This document shows, piece by piece, positions 31,582-44,875 of a DNA stretch of 64,000 nucleotides. The translations under genes and the position numbers were made by a program. Each line of letters starts with the position of its first letter. Position 1 is the stretch's first letter. Below the pieces are notes generated by a model. That model had not been told where the DNA came from, ran no database searches, and was given only the letters and a program-made list of their open reading frames with translations. Source of the stretch: the human T2T-CHM13v2.0 reference genome, Homo sapiens; assembly GCF_009914755.1 (NCBI RefSeq), contig NC_060926.1; one strand, written 5' to 3'.

Positions 31582-33717
31582 CAGTAGTCTGTCACTTAAC
31601 TCAAACCTTTTAGTCTCAGAACTCCTTTCCAAACTTACACATTACTGACGTTCACAAAAAACTTCTGTTCATGTAGTATATGTGTATACTGATACTTACC
31701 ATATCATAAACAGAAATTTAAATTTAGTTCATTTAAAAATAAATCCATTACACGTTAACATAAATTAACATTTTATGAAAAACATTTTTCAAAACAACAA
31801 AAAAAGTTTAATGAGAAAACCATGTTTTACATTTTCACAAATCTCTGTAATGTCTAGAGTGAATAAAAGAAGACATTTAAAGTCTCAGATCTGCTCCTGC
31901 ATTCAATCTCTTGCAATATGGTTCGGGCTGAACCATATGAAGAGTATCTACTCACGGATATCTACCTGGAAAGGGCAAGAATAACTTAATATCCTTTCAG
32001 CCAATTGTGGGTTTTCTTTGAATACTACACCAAACTTAACAGGTGGCAGTTTCTTCAAGTTCAGTCCAAATGTGGAATCTGACACTACCTGTAAACTTTC
32101 TATACTGTTATTGGTCTATCTCGCACTTTGAATGGATCTTTTACTCATGCATGATTTTATAATATAATGAGTTGGTCATCTGAAAACTGCCGGTTCACTG
32201 AACTATCATACAGATCTTCCAAGTGTTAGCACATTACATTAAAATACAGTATCAAAAAAGCTTTGTTAGTATCACTATCCATCTCATCAGAAAAATATTA
32301 AGAAGGTATCAAGCTCATAATAGATTTGAGTTTTCTAAAATTCTAATTTTCACTGGAAAGCACAAATTTTGTCATCTGCAGCAGCAAATGCTTTCCAGTT
32401 TTTTTCCTTCACATGACAGGCTCACTTCATTTTTTTTTTTTTTTTGAGGAAATATCTGTCACTTAAGTACATTAATCTCAAGACCACAGTTTATCATTCT
32501 TTCAAGTAAAAACAGTATTTGATGAAAATAGCATCTAGTTCAGCTTGCAACTCACAGAACTGCATAACTGAGGGAAAAAAGTGGTTTTTTAAAGACAATT
32601 CTTATTTTGATATGCAGCAAAAATGCTTTATTAAGGCATACTTCCCATTTCATCATAAATACTACTACAAAGATATGCAGTAGGAACTACAAACCAAAAC
32701 CATAAAAAGATACCACTTCACACCCACTAGGATGGCTGTAATCAGAAAGATGGGCAATAATAAGGTTGGTGGCGCTAGAGAGAAATTGGGACTCTCAACA
32801 CATTGCTGATGAGAATGTAAAACGGTATGGTCTCTTTGGAAAACCGGTTAAACCCAATTGCCATATAACCCAGCAATCCAGTCCCAGGTACATACCCAAA
32901 AGAAAACATTTCCACACAAAATACTACCTACACAAATGTTCACAGCAGCAATATTCATAATAGCCAAAAAGTGTAAACAACCTAAATGTCCACCAGTAGA
33001 TAAATAAAATGTGGTATATCCATACAGTGGAACAGTATTCAGCCATATATAAAGAAATGAGGTAATGACACATACCATGACACAGATGAACCTTGAAAAC
33101 ATCATGCTAAATGAAAGAAACCAAACACCAAAGGCCACATATTGTACAATTACACTGATACGAAATAACTGGCAAATCTGAAGGGACAGAAAGTAGCATA
33201 GTGGTTGTCAGGGTCTGAGGGGAAGTGAATGATGAGTGACTGCTAAAGGGTATGGGTTTCCTTTTGAGGTAATAAAAATGCTCTGAAATTAGATAGTGAT
33301 GATGGTTGTACAACTCTATGACCATAGTTACAACCAGTGAATTGTATAAAGAGTGAGTTTTACGGTATGTGAGTTATATCCCAATAAAGCTATTATTTTT
33401 TAAAAGACATGCAGCCCTCAAGGGTCAAGATTTAGTAAATATCTTTTCTTACTGGTTCATCGAGGTCATTCTTGAGTGAAACTGGGATTTTTCTTTAACT
33501 GCAAGTGCATGGTCATGAAGAATACAGCAACAACTATTACAGTTTGCTGTCACTGCCTTGATTTATGCTAAGACACAAGCAGTTTTATCCACCACCACTG
33601 AAAGTGTCAACACAGAGAACAAGGCAAACAATTTCTTAGTGCAGCTTGATGTGAAGGACCTCTGAGAGGGTCTCAGGGATATCCAATGGTCCACAGATCA
33701 CATTTTAAGAACTACTG
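31582..33717. mobile_element. Charlie1-type hAT element interrupted by L1MB
   Basis: ctcaaaccttttagtctcag...ccattacacgttaacataaat; resumes ccctcaagggtcaagatttagtaa...cagatcacattttaagaactactg. Confidence 0.75.
32680..33400 (+). mobile_element. L1MB 3' end with degenerate TSD
   Basis: gataccacttcacacccactaggatggct...gatgaaccttgaaaacatcatgctaa...caataaagctatt; aaagatatgcag/aaagacatgcag flanks. Confidence 0.88.
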
Positions 33718-33722
33718 TTCTA

Positions 33723-34134
<412 letters not shown>

Positions 34135-34629
34135 CTAAACCAGTTTCAGAAATCCTAATCCCAACCCCTAAAAAAAAATAATCACAGCTTCAGAAGGCTT
34201 AAATGCAATTAAAGGATTTCCAAATACGGATCTGAGGTTCTAAGACCATTTCAATTTTCTAAGCATGTATCACAAATTTATCAAAAGAAAAAAGGTAATC
34301 TTTAAATGGTGATGGGAGTTATGTCAATCAGTTCAGTTAAAGTGTCCCAATTTAAGAGTTTAGAATCACTGACCTGGTGAAAGAATGTTAGTAGTACAAT
34401 CTCCACAGAAATCCAAATACAAAACAGAATTAAAGTAATAAAGTTCAGGATTTACTGCACAACAAAACATTCAATCAAATGTTATCTAGACAGACAACAT
34501 TAATAGGGTAAAAATGACACTATCTCTTTTTAAACTTTATTATTTAATTCTTACACAACATTCAAAGAGCAGACTTCAGAAATGTCTACCCATACTATTG
34601 ACAACTATTTCTAGCACAGCTAAGTTTAA

Positions 34630-34815
34630 TGCCCACTATCACAGAATCAAAGAATTTTTGGTCTGGAAGGTCACCTAGACAGTTACCTAGTCCAACACCT
34701 CCATTTTACACAACAAGGAAACTGAGTTTGCGAAAGAAAAATAACTTGGTCAAAATCACACACCTAGCAAGTGGCTGAGGCATATTTACTCCCTGTACCA
34801 TGTTTTCACTATACC
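34630..34815 (-). mobile_element. MIR
   Basis: ctagtccaacacctccattttaca...ggaaactgag...aacttggtcaaaatcacaca. Confidence 0.7.
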
Positions 34816-35200
34816 AACCTGACTCCTCAACCAAATATAATGCATAAAAATTTTAATTCACATCACACTAAGGCCAACCAAGACACCCTACCTGCCAAAT
34901 AAAAATTTTATAATGCCTGACAATATCAATCAGATGTCAAAACAAATATAAAATTAAGAAAAAACTATAAATGTTAATTGGCATAATAGAAACATGAATC
35001 CCTAACTTCAAAAACTACAAACTTTCAAAGAATAATTTGGAAGATACTTTGATGTCTACTTTCATACAAACATATTTTCATACAAACATTGATCATTAAT
35101 TCTAATGTGAGTCTGATGCTGATAAATACCTAAAGCAAAAAATTTCCCTCTATGTATTATCACTGAACTTATTTATGGCATGACATAACTTAAGACTCAC

Positions 35201-36560
35201 CTGCAGGACTGTCAGCATTCTCTCCTGGATGTAGCTGTATACCAGCAGAATCTATAGAGTTCACTGTAACTGTTTGTAGATTTGGCAACTGACCAGTGCT
35301 TAGACTAACTGGAGTTGAAGTGAAGGCTCCACCTGCCGCAACTTGACCAAGTGTGAGGGTTTGAACAGGCGTCAAAGTTATTTGTTGGGCAGCAGTATTC
35401 TGTATTTGCAAATTCTGCAAGTTCTGGACCCCTTGTACTTGAAACGTTTGCCAAGTTACCTGTCCAGAAGGGGTCACTGTCTGTGCCTGAATTAAAAAGG
35501 TTCCAGGATTCAGCTGCAACTGAAGATTTTGCAAAGCCTGTTGTGATATATTTTGACCACTGGCTTGCACACCATGGATTGTCTGTGGTGTAATACCTTG
35601 CACAATTTGGGCTTGACTGGTTGGCTGCTGAGACTCTTGAAGTTGTAGATGCTGTACAACAGGCTGTGCTGTAGAAACCTGAATATTCTGTGCCTGTGTC
35701 TCTTCAGAAACAGGCGACTGGATATAATTTCCCTGAAGATCTGAAGAATGAACCTGCCCACTAGATGTAGTCAAGCTATTTGTGTTTTGTTGTAATATAC
35801 CTGTACTATCTATCGTAACAGGCAACTGTGATGAAGAGGATGTTGGCACAAATAAATCTGTATCAGTATTAGTTTCATTAATATCAGGAGAAACCCGCTC
35901 ACCAGTCCTTTCTGAATTGTCTGAACTATCCATAGCTTGTCCTGTGTTTATCAAATGTCCGTCGGCATTAATGCCTGCAGTCATTGTCTGAGAACTGCCC
36001 GAGAGTCCCAAAGAATCTAGATCGACACTATTGATTGGTACAAACGTAATATTTCCTGGCAGACCAAGAGGCACATTAGCAACTACTTGGGTTTGACCAG
36101 GAAAAGATGAACCACCAATTGCAACTCCCTGAACCTGGACTTGACCAGTCTGTGGTATGAGATTCTGGATGTTAGCAGAAGGTGTTCCAGAGGCAAGTAA
36201 GGTTTGATTAGAGCCAGGAATGATCTGAATTTGACTGCTTTCTTGATTTATACCCCCATTATCTGAAGAGCCTGTGAAACCAATTTGAACCTGCTGACCA
36301 TCTGCTGACTGGATCTGTGGTATCACTTGATATTGAACACTGGACACTGTACCATTTGATGAATCTGATCCTGGTGCAACGGAAAATATTTGTTGATTCT
36401 GCAAATTCTGAAGGGGAAGAACATACTGCCCACTTGAAGTAGCAGCACTTGGAATCTGGACTAGATTACCAGCTTCATCTTTTATAGTTGTAGGTGTGGC
36501 TGACAAAACCTCCCATCGGTTTGGTGCTCCTCCTAACTGTGCAGAAGCCAAATCACCTGT
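35201..36560 (-). CDS. SP3: SP3 exon 4 (1360 nt; residues 94-546; Gln-rich activation domains A and B, Ser/Thr-rich regions)
   Basis: TTTTGTTTTCTTCATCCAG|ACAGGT acceptor, CCTGCAG|GTGAGT donor; ORF 35190..36617 reads TGDLASAQLGGAPNRWEVLSATP...GENADSPA. Cumulative CDS of 1639 nt fits known Sp3 numbering (next exon starts at D547). Confidence 0.98.
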
Positions 36561-39500
36561 CTGGATGAAGAAAACAAAAAGGTGATATATTTGTGGTATA
36601 TTTAAATCAACCCTCAAAAAATTCTAAAAACTGGTATAAATCCTACTACCTGAAAATTCAACTTATCTTAAAACACAATGGAGTTCAAATACAGGAGCAG
36701 TACTATATGAACTACAATAATTATCACTTCCAGTTTTGTTACTGCAAAGACAATTCATCCTATTTGAGTGGGATAAAAAAAATTCTCGGAATGTTCATCA
36801 CAACCACAGACCAATTTTCTAATCCTGCATCTATGATCTCTAACACTACACAGTTAAAACACAAAACAAAACAGTGGAGATGGCTATGACCAAATCAGGT
36901 GCATTATATTTGTGTATAAAAAGGAAACATAAGCATAGTGTATTAAGTCATCCGACTTAGAAAAGATTTATTGCTATAAGCCTAAAATCAAACAATGAAA
37001 TCTACTCTTTTGTGGCATCTATTAACATACTCTAAAGTAAACTCATGGCTAGGGCTATTCCATTAAGCTATCAAACTCTACTTTTTCCATGAACTAATGA
37101 AAAACAAAGACCTTAAAAAAACTTAATGAGAAAAAGTCATTGCCCTGTGACCACATGACAACGTAGCCCCATTTGAAAGGTTTCTCTAGGATCAGAAGCT
37201 GGAGGATACACACTGTGACTTTACTTACTAGTCTAAGTTTTCAGTAGAATGTCTGGCATATACCTTTTGTATTCTGGTGTATTAATACAATTTGAGGGAG
37301 AGAAAGATAATCTAGGGTTTCATTATATTCTCAATGGGAATCTCAATGGGACCATAAAAATCAGTTGAGACATACACAGTTCTCTCAACATAAACCATTC
37401 TATAAAACTTAATGCAAATATGATAAACAAAAAAATCTTAAGTTTCTTAAAGAAACTCACTACCTAATTTTCATGAAGACATAGTTGAGAAATATATACA
37501 GTTATTTCAGTGGATGAACCACAGTTAAATGACTGAATTCAAACATTTGAACGTAATTTACCAAGATGAAATACACACGTGAGTAAACCCATGACATACA
37601 ATCCCAATCTTCAAACGGTTCACTGTCAATCCAAGCAGACATACACACATCCATGCTAATACAATGTGAAAAGTAGCACAGACTAGTCATATGATCAAAA
37701 CACTCTGTGGAAGACACAAGATTGAAAAAAAAGATTTCATACAGAGATAAAGTAGTATTAGAATATAAGATTTTCCTGTAGTCAGTTAAAAAAGAGGCAC
37801 TAATAAAAGCATAGAAACAATAAAATCACAAAAAGAAACCCTAAATAATAATATGCAGTTTGGAGTTGAAGAAAAGATCCCAAAAAGGCTCATATTCATA
37901 GAGGAAAGTAATGGGGAACAGGACTAGATATTTTTATCAACGCTTGTAAATGGCTTCACAGATCCCACTAAATTGTTTAGACTTTATCCTGTAGATAGTG
38001 AGTGAAAGCTATAAAAGGTTTATAAGCAAGTGAGTGGTGCAATCACATCTGTGTCTTATAAAGATAAACTAAGGCTCAATGAAGGAGACTGAAAGAAAGG
38101 GAGGAGACTAAAGGCTGAGAAATTGTGGAACCCAATACAAATCTCTAGGCCTGAACTATAAAATAGCGATCTGTCTTAAATACACTTAAATTATATTTAC
38201 TAAACAATTTTAAAATGAAGCATCAGACATTAAAGTCACATGTCACTCTGCAACTTCAATCTGGTATAGAAATTACAATGTTAAGTCACCTTTCCTAACA
38301 TTACAGTGACAAATGTTTCATTTCGGTCTCTTGGCATTTTAAGTAAACTACAAATATTTAAATCTATATACTAAAATCTACACTAAAGTGTGTCTAAAAT
38401 CTAACCTTTATCTTCTTAAGGTTATTGCTCACCTGGAGGATCCACTGAAATTTTTTCTGACCAGCATAAAATTTACAGGTATTGAACTTTTATCAAAGAA
38501 TATAGTAACTCAGACACAAATTAATTTTATGATACTGGCATTTTGTCCCTTTTCCTTTCTTTAAAAAAAACAAAGTCAAATTTACAGCACCTAAAGTGTT
38601 TTTTTTTTTTTTTTACAAAATAGTAATAAAGGCAGATATTCAACCATCACTGAACAGCTTTCTAGTCAAGAAATTCCTTGAAAATAAATACAGCTAACGC
38701 AAATGACAAATCTGAGTAAATATTGCCCAAGTCATCCCCTCTCCAGAAGCTAGATAAAAATAAACTGTAGTGCCATTTTTCTCAGCAATTCAGGCCATTA
38801 ATTGAAGGAAAATCTCTAAACCTAGAGCAAAGTGATGTATTCCGAACTTTTCTGAATAAGCCTGAAATGAAAAGCATTATTAAAATACCTGTGAAGCACA
38901 ACGATGGGGGAAAAAAAAAAAAAGCAACAGGTAATTTAAGGAAAAGAATCAAGCAAGAAAAGGAACTTTTTTAATTTAATAAATTTGCAGTTTTAAAAAA
39001 ATTTGCTGAATACCCTATTTTCTAAATGGAATGGAAAAAACACATTGAATCAGAAAACTACTAGATGATTTATGCCAAAACTACACTCGACAATATATTA
39101 CACAAGAAAAAAAAAAAAGCTCAGAACTGAGTTCTAGTTCTGGCTACACTGTGGAATTGTGTGAGTTACAGCAACTCAATTTTCTCATGTCAACAACCGG
39201 AAAAACATTACCTTGCAGGGGCATAAGAATCAGAAGAAAAATATTAAATTTTATAAACTATTGAGCACTGTGCAATCCCAAGATCATTGTGAGTGCTAAG
39301 ATTATGAGAATAGATTTGAAAAACATCCATTAAAATTAGCCTAGCACAATTCCTGGCACTCAGTAAGATCAATATATATTTACTGAATGAAAAGTTATTT
39401 TACTTTAAAATCATTGCAAACACAATGACAGAATGGATCAAAACAAATTTTGAGGTATTAAGAGCCTTCTATGAAAAAGTCTAAACCAATTTTAAGCCTA

Positions 39501-39775
39501 TTTATTTCCACAATTCCACAATGAATCAGCTCCAAATATTTCAAAACTACAAAGCCTTGCAAAGCACAATCAAATTTCTTTGTAAAAGAAATTTCATCAG
39601 CAATATACCACTAAAAGAGATAAAGTACACTAAATACCAAATGGGAGAGGAATAAATTAGAAAATCATCTGAGACCAAAAAAAAAAAAAAGTTTGAAAAA
39701 TGTTTGATGTTAGACTACTGGAAACACTACAGAAACAAAAGAATAAAAGGAGATTTAAAAACGTACAACCGTGAC

Positions 39776-40134
<359 letters not shown>

Positions 40135-40263
40135 CTAGTATTTGGTTTAGAAGCAAGATAATCCTCTACATAACCTATGTCTACGTAAGTTTACAAACCA
40201 AATTAAAAATCCACCAGTGTTTCTCTCAGTACCTTTCTTACCGGACAATTAACAAACAAAACC

Positions 40264-40510
40264 TAGGCAGGTGGATCCTTTGAGTCTAGGAGTTCAAGAC
40301 CAGCCTAGGCAACATGGCGAAGCCCCATCTCTACAAAAAATACAAAAATTAGCCAGGCGTGGTGGCACGTGCCTGTAGTCTCAGCTACTAGGGAGGCTGA
40401 GGTGGGAGGATCAACTGAGCCCCAGTGGTTGAGGCTGCAGTGAGTTGTAATCACACACCTCCATTCCAGCCTGGGAGACAAAGCGAGCCTTTCTCAAAAA
40501 ACAAACAAAA
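40264..40510 (+). mobile_element. AluJ, 5' truncated
   Basis: aggcaggtggatc...ggctgcagtgag...ctcaaaaa. Confidence 0.88.
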
Positions 40511-41016
40511 CACCATCTAACATGAATGTTGGCATTAGTACAGTAAAAAGTTGTAACTAAGGCACTCTAAGTCTCTCTACATACAAATATACCGGTGGAA
40601 ACGGAAAAAGAAAAAATTCACACCACCTATTGCATAGCATTTGGAAATGATTATTAACTTAGTTCCCACGAATGCCTTTACGAAAGCCAGAAATAGGAAA
40701 GGAAGGAGTATAACTGGAAACAAGAACAGGTGTGAAGCTGAGGTGGAAACAAATTAAGAACTTAGGCAAATATTCAAGTTTCTTAAAATCTTCAAAGAGC
40801 ACTAAAAGAACTCAGACTTCAAATAGAATTACCCTACCCAATGAATTAGTTACAATGACAGCACAGGTCTTATTTTAAATAATGGCAAAATAACTTTTTT
40901 GAAGTAAGCTATTACTTATTTTTTAGCTCAACATTTATGTGCCAAATTAAGGAACACTAAATTTACAACCTAAACCAAAGATCAAGCAATCACTTTCATA
41001 ATAGTCACTTATTTTA

Positions 41017-41345
<329 letters not shown>

Positions 41346-41769
41346 CTAAAGTAAAAATGAAGTAAATTAATAATCCACAAGTTCACATAAATGCAAACTG
41401 GTCAAAGTTAATACTTGCACAAAGGTCTACTTTTTTCTATTTCCTGGTTTACTACTAAAATTAGCCACAACTTAAGTACAAAGGAGCGTTGCTATAAAAC
41501 CATCTTTCAGAGTCCATGTTGTACGACATTATATACGAGACTGCTTTATGACTAGACTTCTTCAGCAATGTACTGTGGGTAACCAAACACCCTTGGCTAG
41601 GATCCTCTTTTATGACAAATTCCAAATTCAAAATCCAAATATTAAAAGCAATCTTCAGCACAGTTGATTGGCTTTTCAAGGCCCTTTTAATCTCAAAATA
41701 CCAAGCTAAACTGGCATAAAGTTCATCTGTATGTGTATATTTCCACTTGTTTAAACACAACAATATATA

Positions 41770-42010
41770 TGCAATGTGGAATCCTGGACTGGATCCCAGA
41801 AGAGAAAATGGACATTAGTGGAAAAGCTGGTGAAACGCAAACAAAGTCTGGTTAGTAATGTCATACCAATGTTCATGTCTTAATTTGGACAAATGTATCA
41901 TCATTATCCTAACATTAGGGGAAGCTGGATGAAGGGTATGAGATTACTCAGTTCTGTATTTCCAACTTTTCTATAAATTTAAAATTATTCCAAAATACAA
42001 TTATTTAAAA
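41770..42010 (+). mobile_element. L1ME/MD 3' UTR fragment
   Basis: gcaatgtggaatcctggactggatcc...aacattaggggaagctgg...aaaattattccaaaata. Confidence 0.75.
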
Positions 42011-44082
42011 ACACAGCTATAACCTCTCATAATTCCCAGTCATTTGAGTAATAAAAGATTATCTAAGCCCATGAACTCATGTGAATTTCCTTTTCTAAGA
42101 TGTGCTGAAAAGATGTCTTAAGTTCATATTTGCACTGGAAAAATAAATTTTTAGCAAATTTTCTATTTGCTAAGGCAAATACACACAAGCCAGTCTTACC
42201 AATTTTACTCAAAGTGAAAAATCTTGGGTGCAGGTACCAGACATCATAAATATATGGTTTGGGTTTTTTTTTTTTTTTTTTTAGGCAAAACTATTTTCAT
42301 TTTACTATGATTGGCAAATTATGATGTATTTGATTGATAAATCTCAGATTTATCAGATTGATTCTAGTTCGTCTTCATGTGGCAGAATATGTGTTGTCAG
42401 GAGTGATTTGGTAATTCAGAAAAGCAGCTGAAGAAGCATGGAAACTTCCCTACAAGTATATGGCCACAGCTGGCTAAGGTTGGAGACAGTATTCTATCCT
42501 TGGGCCTCAGACTCACATATGTATGTACATACACATATTATTCACCCATATTTCCTTCCTTCTCCCCTCCCCCATCTGTAAACTGATATCTAAACTTTAC
42601 AAATTACAGTTACAAGAAAAGTTTTGTTCCATTTGAAATACAAAAAAGATCAGGAGAAGCAATCTGCTTTTTAATTTTACTTATGCAGTAGTTTTTTAAG
42701 ATACAGTCAATTTGTTTTGGCACTTTGGAACTAGAGGGATACAGTTCATAAAAAAATCTACCAACTCTCAGCGAAGCTGAAATGAGGTGAACAGAAGGCG
42801 TACCAATCCATAAATGTATTTAAAAATAACAAAGCCTAATATAATTTTACATTTTTACATGTTAATCTGCTTATGAAAAAACAAGACATTAAAACTATTC
42901 ACATCCCCTATAACGAAGCACTAAAATTACAAATTATTTACCAGTAATAGCTTAACATTGGTTTAACTTAAAAAAAAAAAATACCTGGACATACTAAGCA
43001 TTTGTTGTAGACTATACCAAATACCAAACTTCTGTCTTCAGTGACTATTGAAAGTATCACTCCACAAATCAATTCCTATGATCCACCACACACACACACT
43101 CAAATGAGGGTTTTCATTATTTTAATAGGTGAACAAATCTACACAACAGTGATGACCCAAATGTAAAATTCACAATTAACAGTCTAAAAACTGTTCCTAT
43201 CCTATTGGTATTAACCCCTCATATAACACAGGCGAGCTCCTCCCCTTGCCCAGACACTGAAAACACTACAGAAAGAATCCCACCATATCTTACCTGACTA
43301 GCAGTCGTAATAAAATGAAAACATACTTTTGCCAACCAAATTCAGCTATAAGTATTGTACTACTAGTATGCACGTAAATACAATTCCTTACACATACTTT
43401 TCTAACACTGTTATATTCAGTTTCAAAATCTAAAGTACTATCTAAGCAACTTGCTGATTTCAAAGGCTGCTAAATGTTTCATTTACCCCCCTTACAAAAA
43501 AAAAGTCACTGCAAATTTTAGTAGTCTGCAAAAACTAAAATTCAACGATTTTGAATGGTCAACTAAAAAAGCAGTCTTCACTCCTGCATACAAAAGGGTA
43601 ATTCAAAGAATAAACCCTCATTTTTTTTAATAATGTATGATTTAAAGCAGTAAGATCCTGTAACGTCCAACAGAAAATGCTCCAGGTTCAAAAATAATAA
43701 AAACTAAAGACATTGCCTCTAGTTGATACTATCTATGGCCGATAGGCTGTGCTTGAAAATTTTGTAGTGTTAAGCGAAGGAGTTTTCAGCACTGATATGA
43801 ATTGCTCAAACATCCATTTTGGAGTCCTCTACCCCCGCCCTCTCAGACTTCATTTTGTGAAGATTTTGCGCGAGGTGCTGCAGTGACAATTTCGAGAAAG
43901 CCTGGGCTGGCTTCAGATCCAAACCGGGATGCGAAAGAGCAGGAAAGGGCGCCCTGGAGCCCAGCGGCCCGTGCGGGTCGGGGGAAGCGCGGGCGCCGGG
44001 GAGGCCTTTTGGGCAGGCGCGCCACGGGTCCGGGATGGCGGGCGCCCGGCCTCGGCGGGGGCGGGCCGCGCGCGGGACTTAC

Positions 44083-44205
44083 CGCTCCGGCGGCGGCGGG
44101 GGCCCCGGCTGCGGCGGCCGCCTCCTCCTCGTCGTCGCCCGGCGATGGCGGCCCTATCTTGCTGCAGGTAGCGGCCAGCAGAGCGAGCGGTGACGGCTGA
44201 GTGTC
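44083..44205 (-). CDS. SP3: SP3 exon 3 (123 nt; residues 53-93; Sp box SPLALLAATCSKI)
   Basis: GGGTAG|GACACTCAG acceptor, GGAGCG|GTAAGT donor; translates DTQPSPLALLAATCSKIGPPSPGDDEEEAAAAAGAPAAAGA, phase 0 at both ends. Confidence 0.95.
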
Positions 44206-44726
44206 CTACCCCCAATGGGCGGGTTCAGAGAGGGAGACAGGGGGAGGGGGTGGCGGTTAGGGTCGGGCCGCCTTTCGCACAGGAAGTACGACTCGGTCCC
44301 CGCCGACTGCGCCCGGGCAAGCGCCAGCCCGCGCTCTCCTCCTCCTCCTCCTCCTCCTCCTGGTCCCGCCGCCAGCCCACGCCTGGCGTCCCCCGCTCCA
44401 AGCACCCCGGCTCCCCGGTCCGCGGGCAGGCGGGCGGCGGGCTGCGCGCCGGGCCTCCGCCTTCCGCCCGGAACCCACCCCCGGGAGGGCACGCTGGGGC
44501 CCACACTCACACGCGCACAAAAAGGCGGCAGGCGGGCGAGGCGGGGCGGCGCGGGCGGGGTCGGAGCGTTGGCGCCTCGGGCGGGCAGCTCCTGGGGCGG
44601 GGGGAGGGGAGTGGAGGGGAGGGGAGAGACGAGGAGGGAGGGGTGAGGCGAGGAGGGAGGGGAGAGGCGAGGGGAGGAGAAAGCGGCGCGAGGGGGGAGC
44701 CGGGCCGGGGTTCAGCCGCTCCTCAC

Positions 44727-44875
44727 CTGGGCCGCCGCTGCCGCCGCCACCGCACCGTTTCCGTGCTGTTGCTGCTGCTGCAGATACTCGCCGTGGCCGC
44801 CGCCGCCGCCACCGCCGCCGCCGCTATCCACGTCCAAGGCAGCCATTTCCTCTTGTTTCACGGGCTTTTCGGGAG
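44727..44875 (-). CDS. SP3: SP3 exon 2 (149 nt; residues 3-52; second start M13, poly-Gly, poly-Gln, poly-Ala)
   Basis: CCTGCAG|CTCCCGAAAAG acceptor, CCAG|GTGAGG donor; encodes APEKPVKQEEMAALDVDSG9HGEYLQ5HGNGAVAAAAAAQ (ORF 44712..45203). Confidence 0.96.

Noticed and set aside
35510-35991. Alternative-frame and antisense ORFs within exon 4 (83 and 69 aa)
   Set aside because: Short, with no supporting signals; expected shadows of a long coding exon.
36553-36562. Second AG 4 nt into exon 4 (CAG|ACAG|GT)
   Set aside because: Use would frameshift and the proximal CAG has a strong pyrimidine tract; nothing in the sequence supports regulated use.
36561-36617. N-terminal extension MRVDLNIPQIYHLFVFFIQ of the 475-aa ORF
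   Set aside because: It is the intron 3 polypyrimidine tract and acceptor; the real exon starts at 36560.
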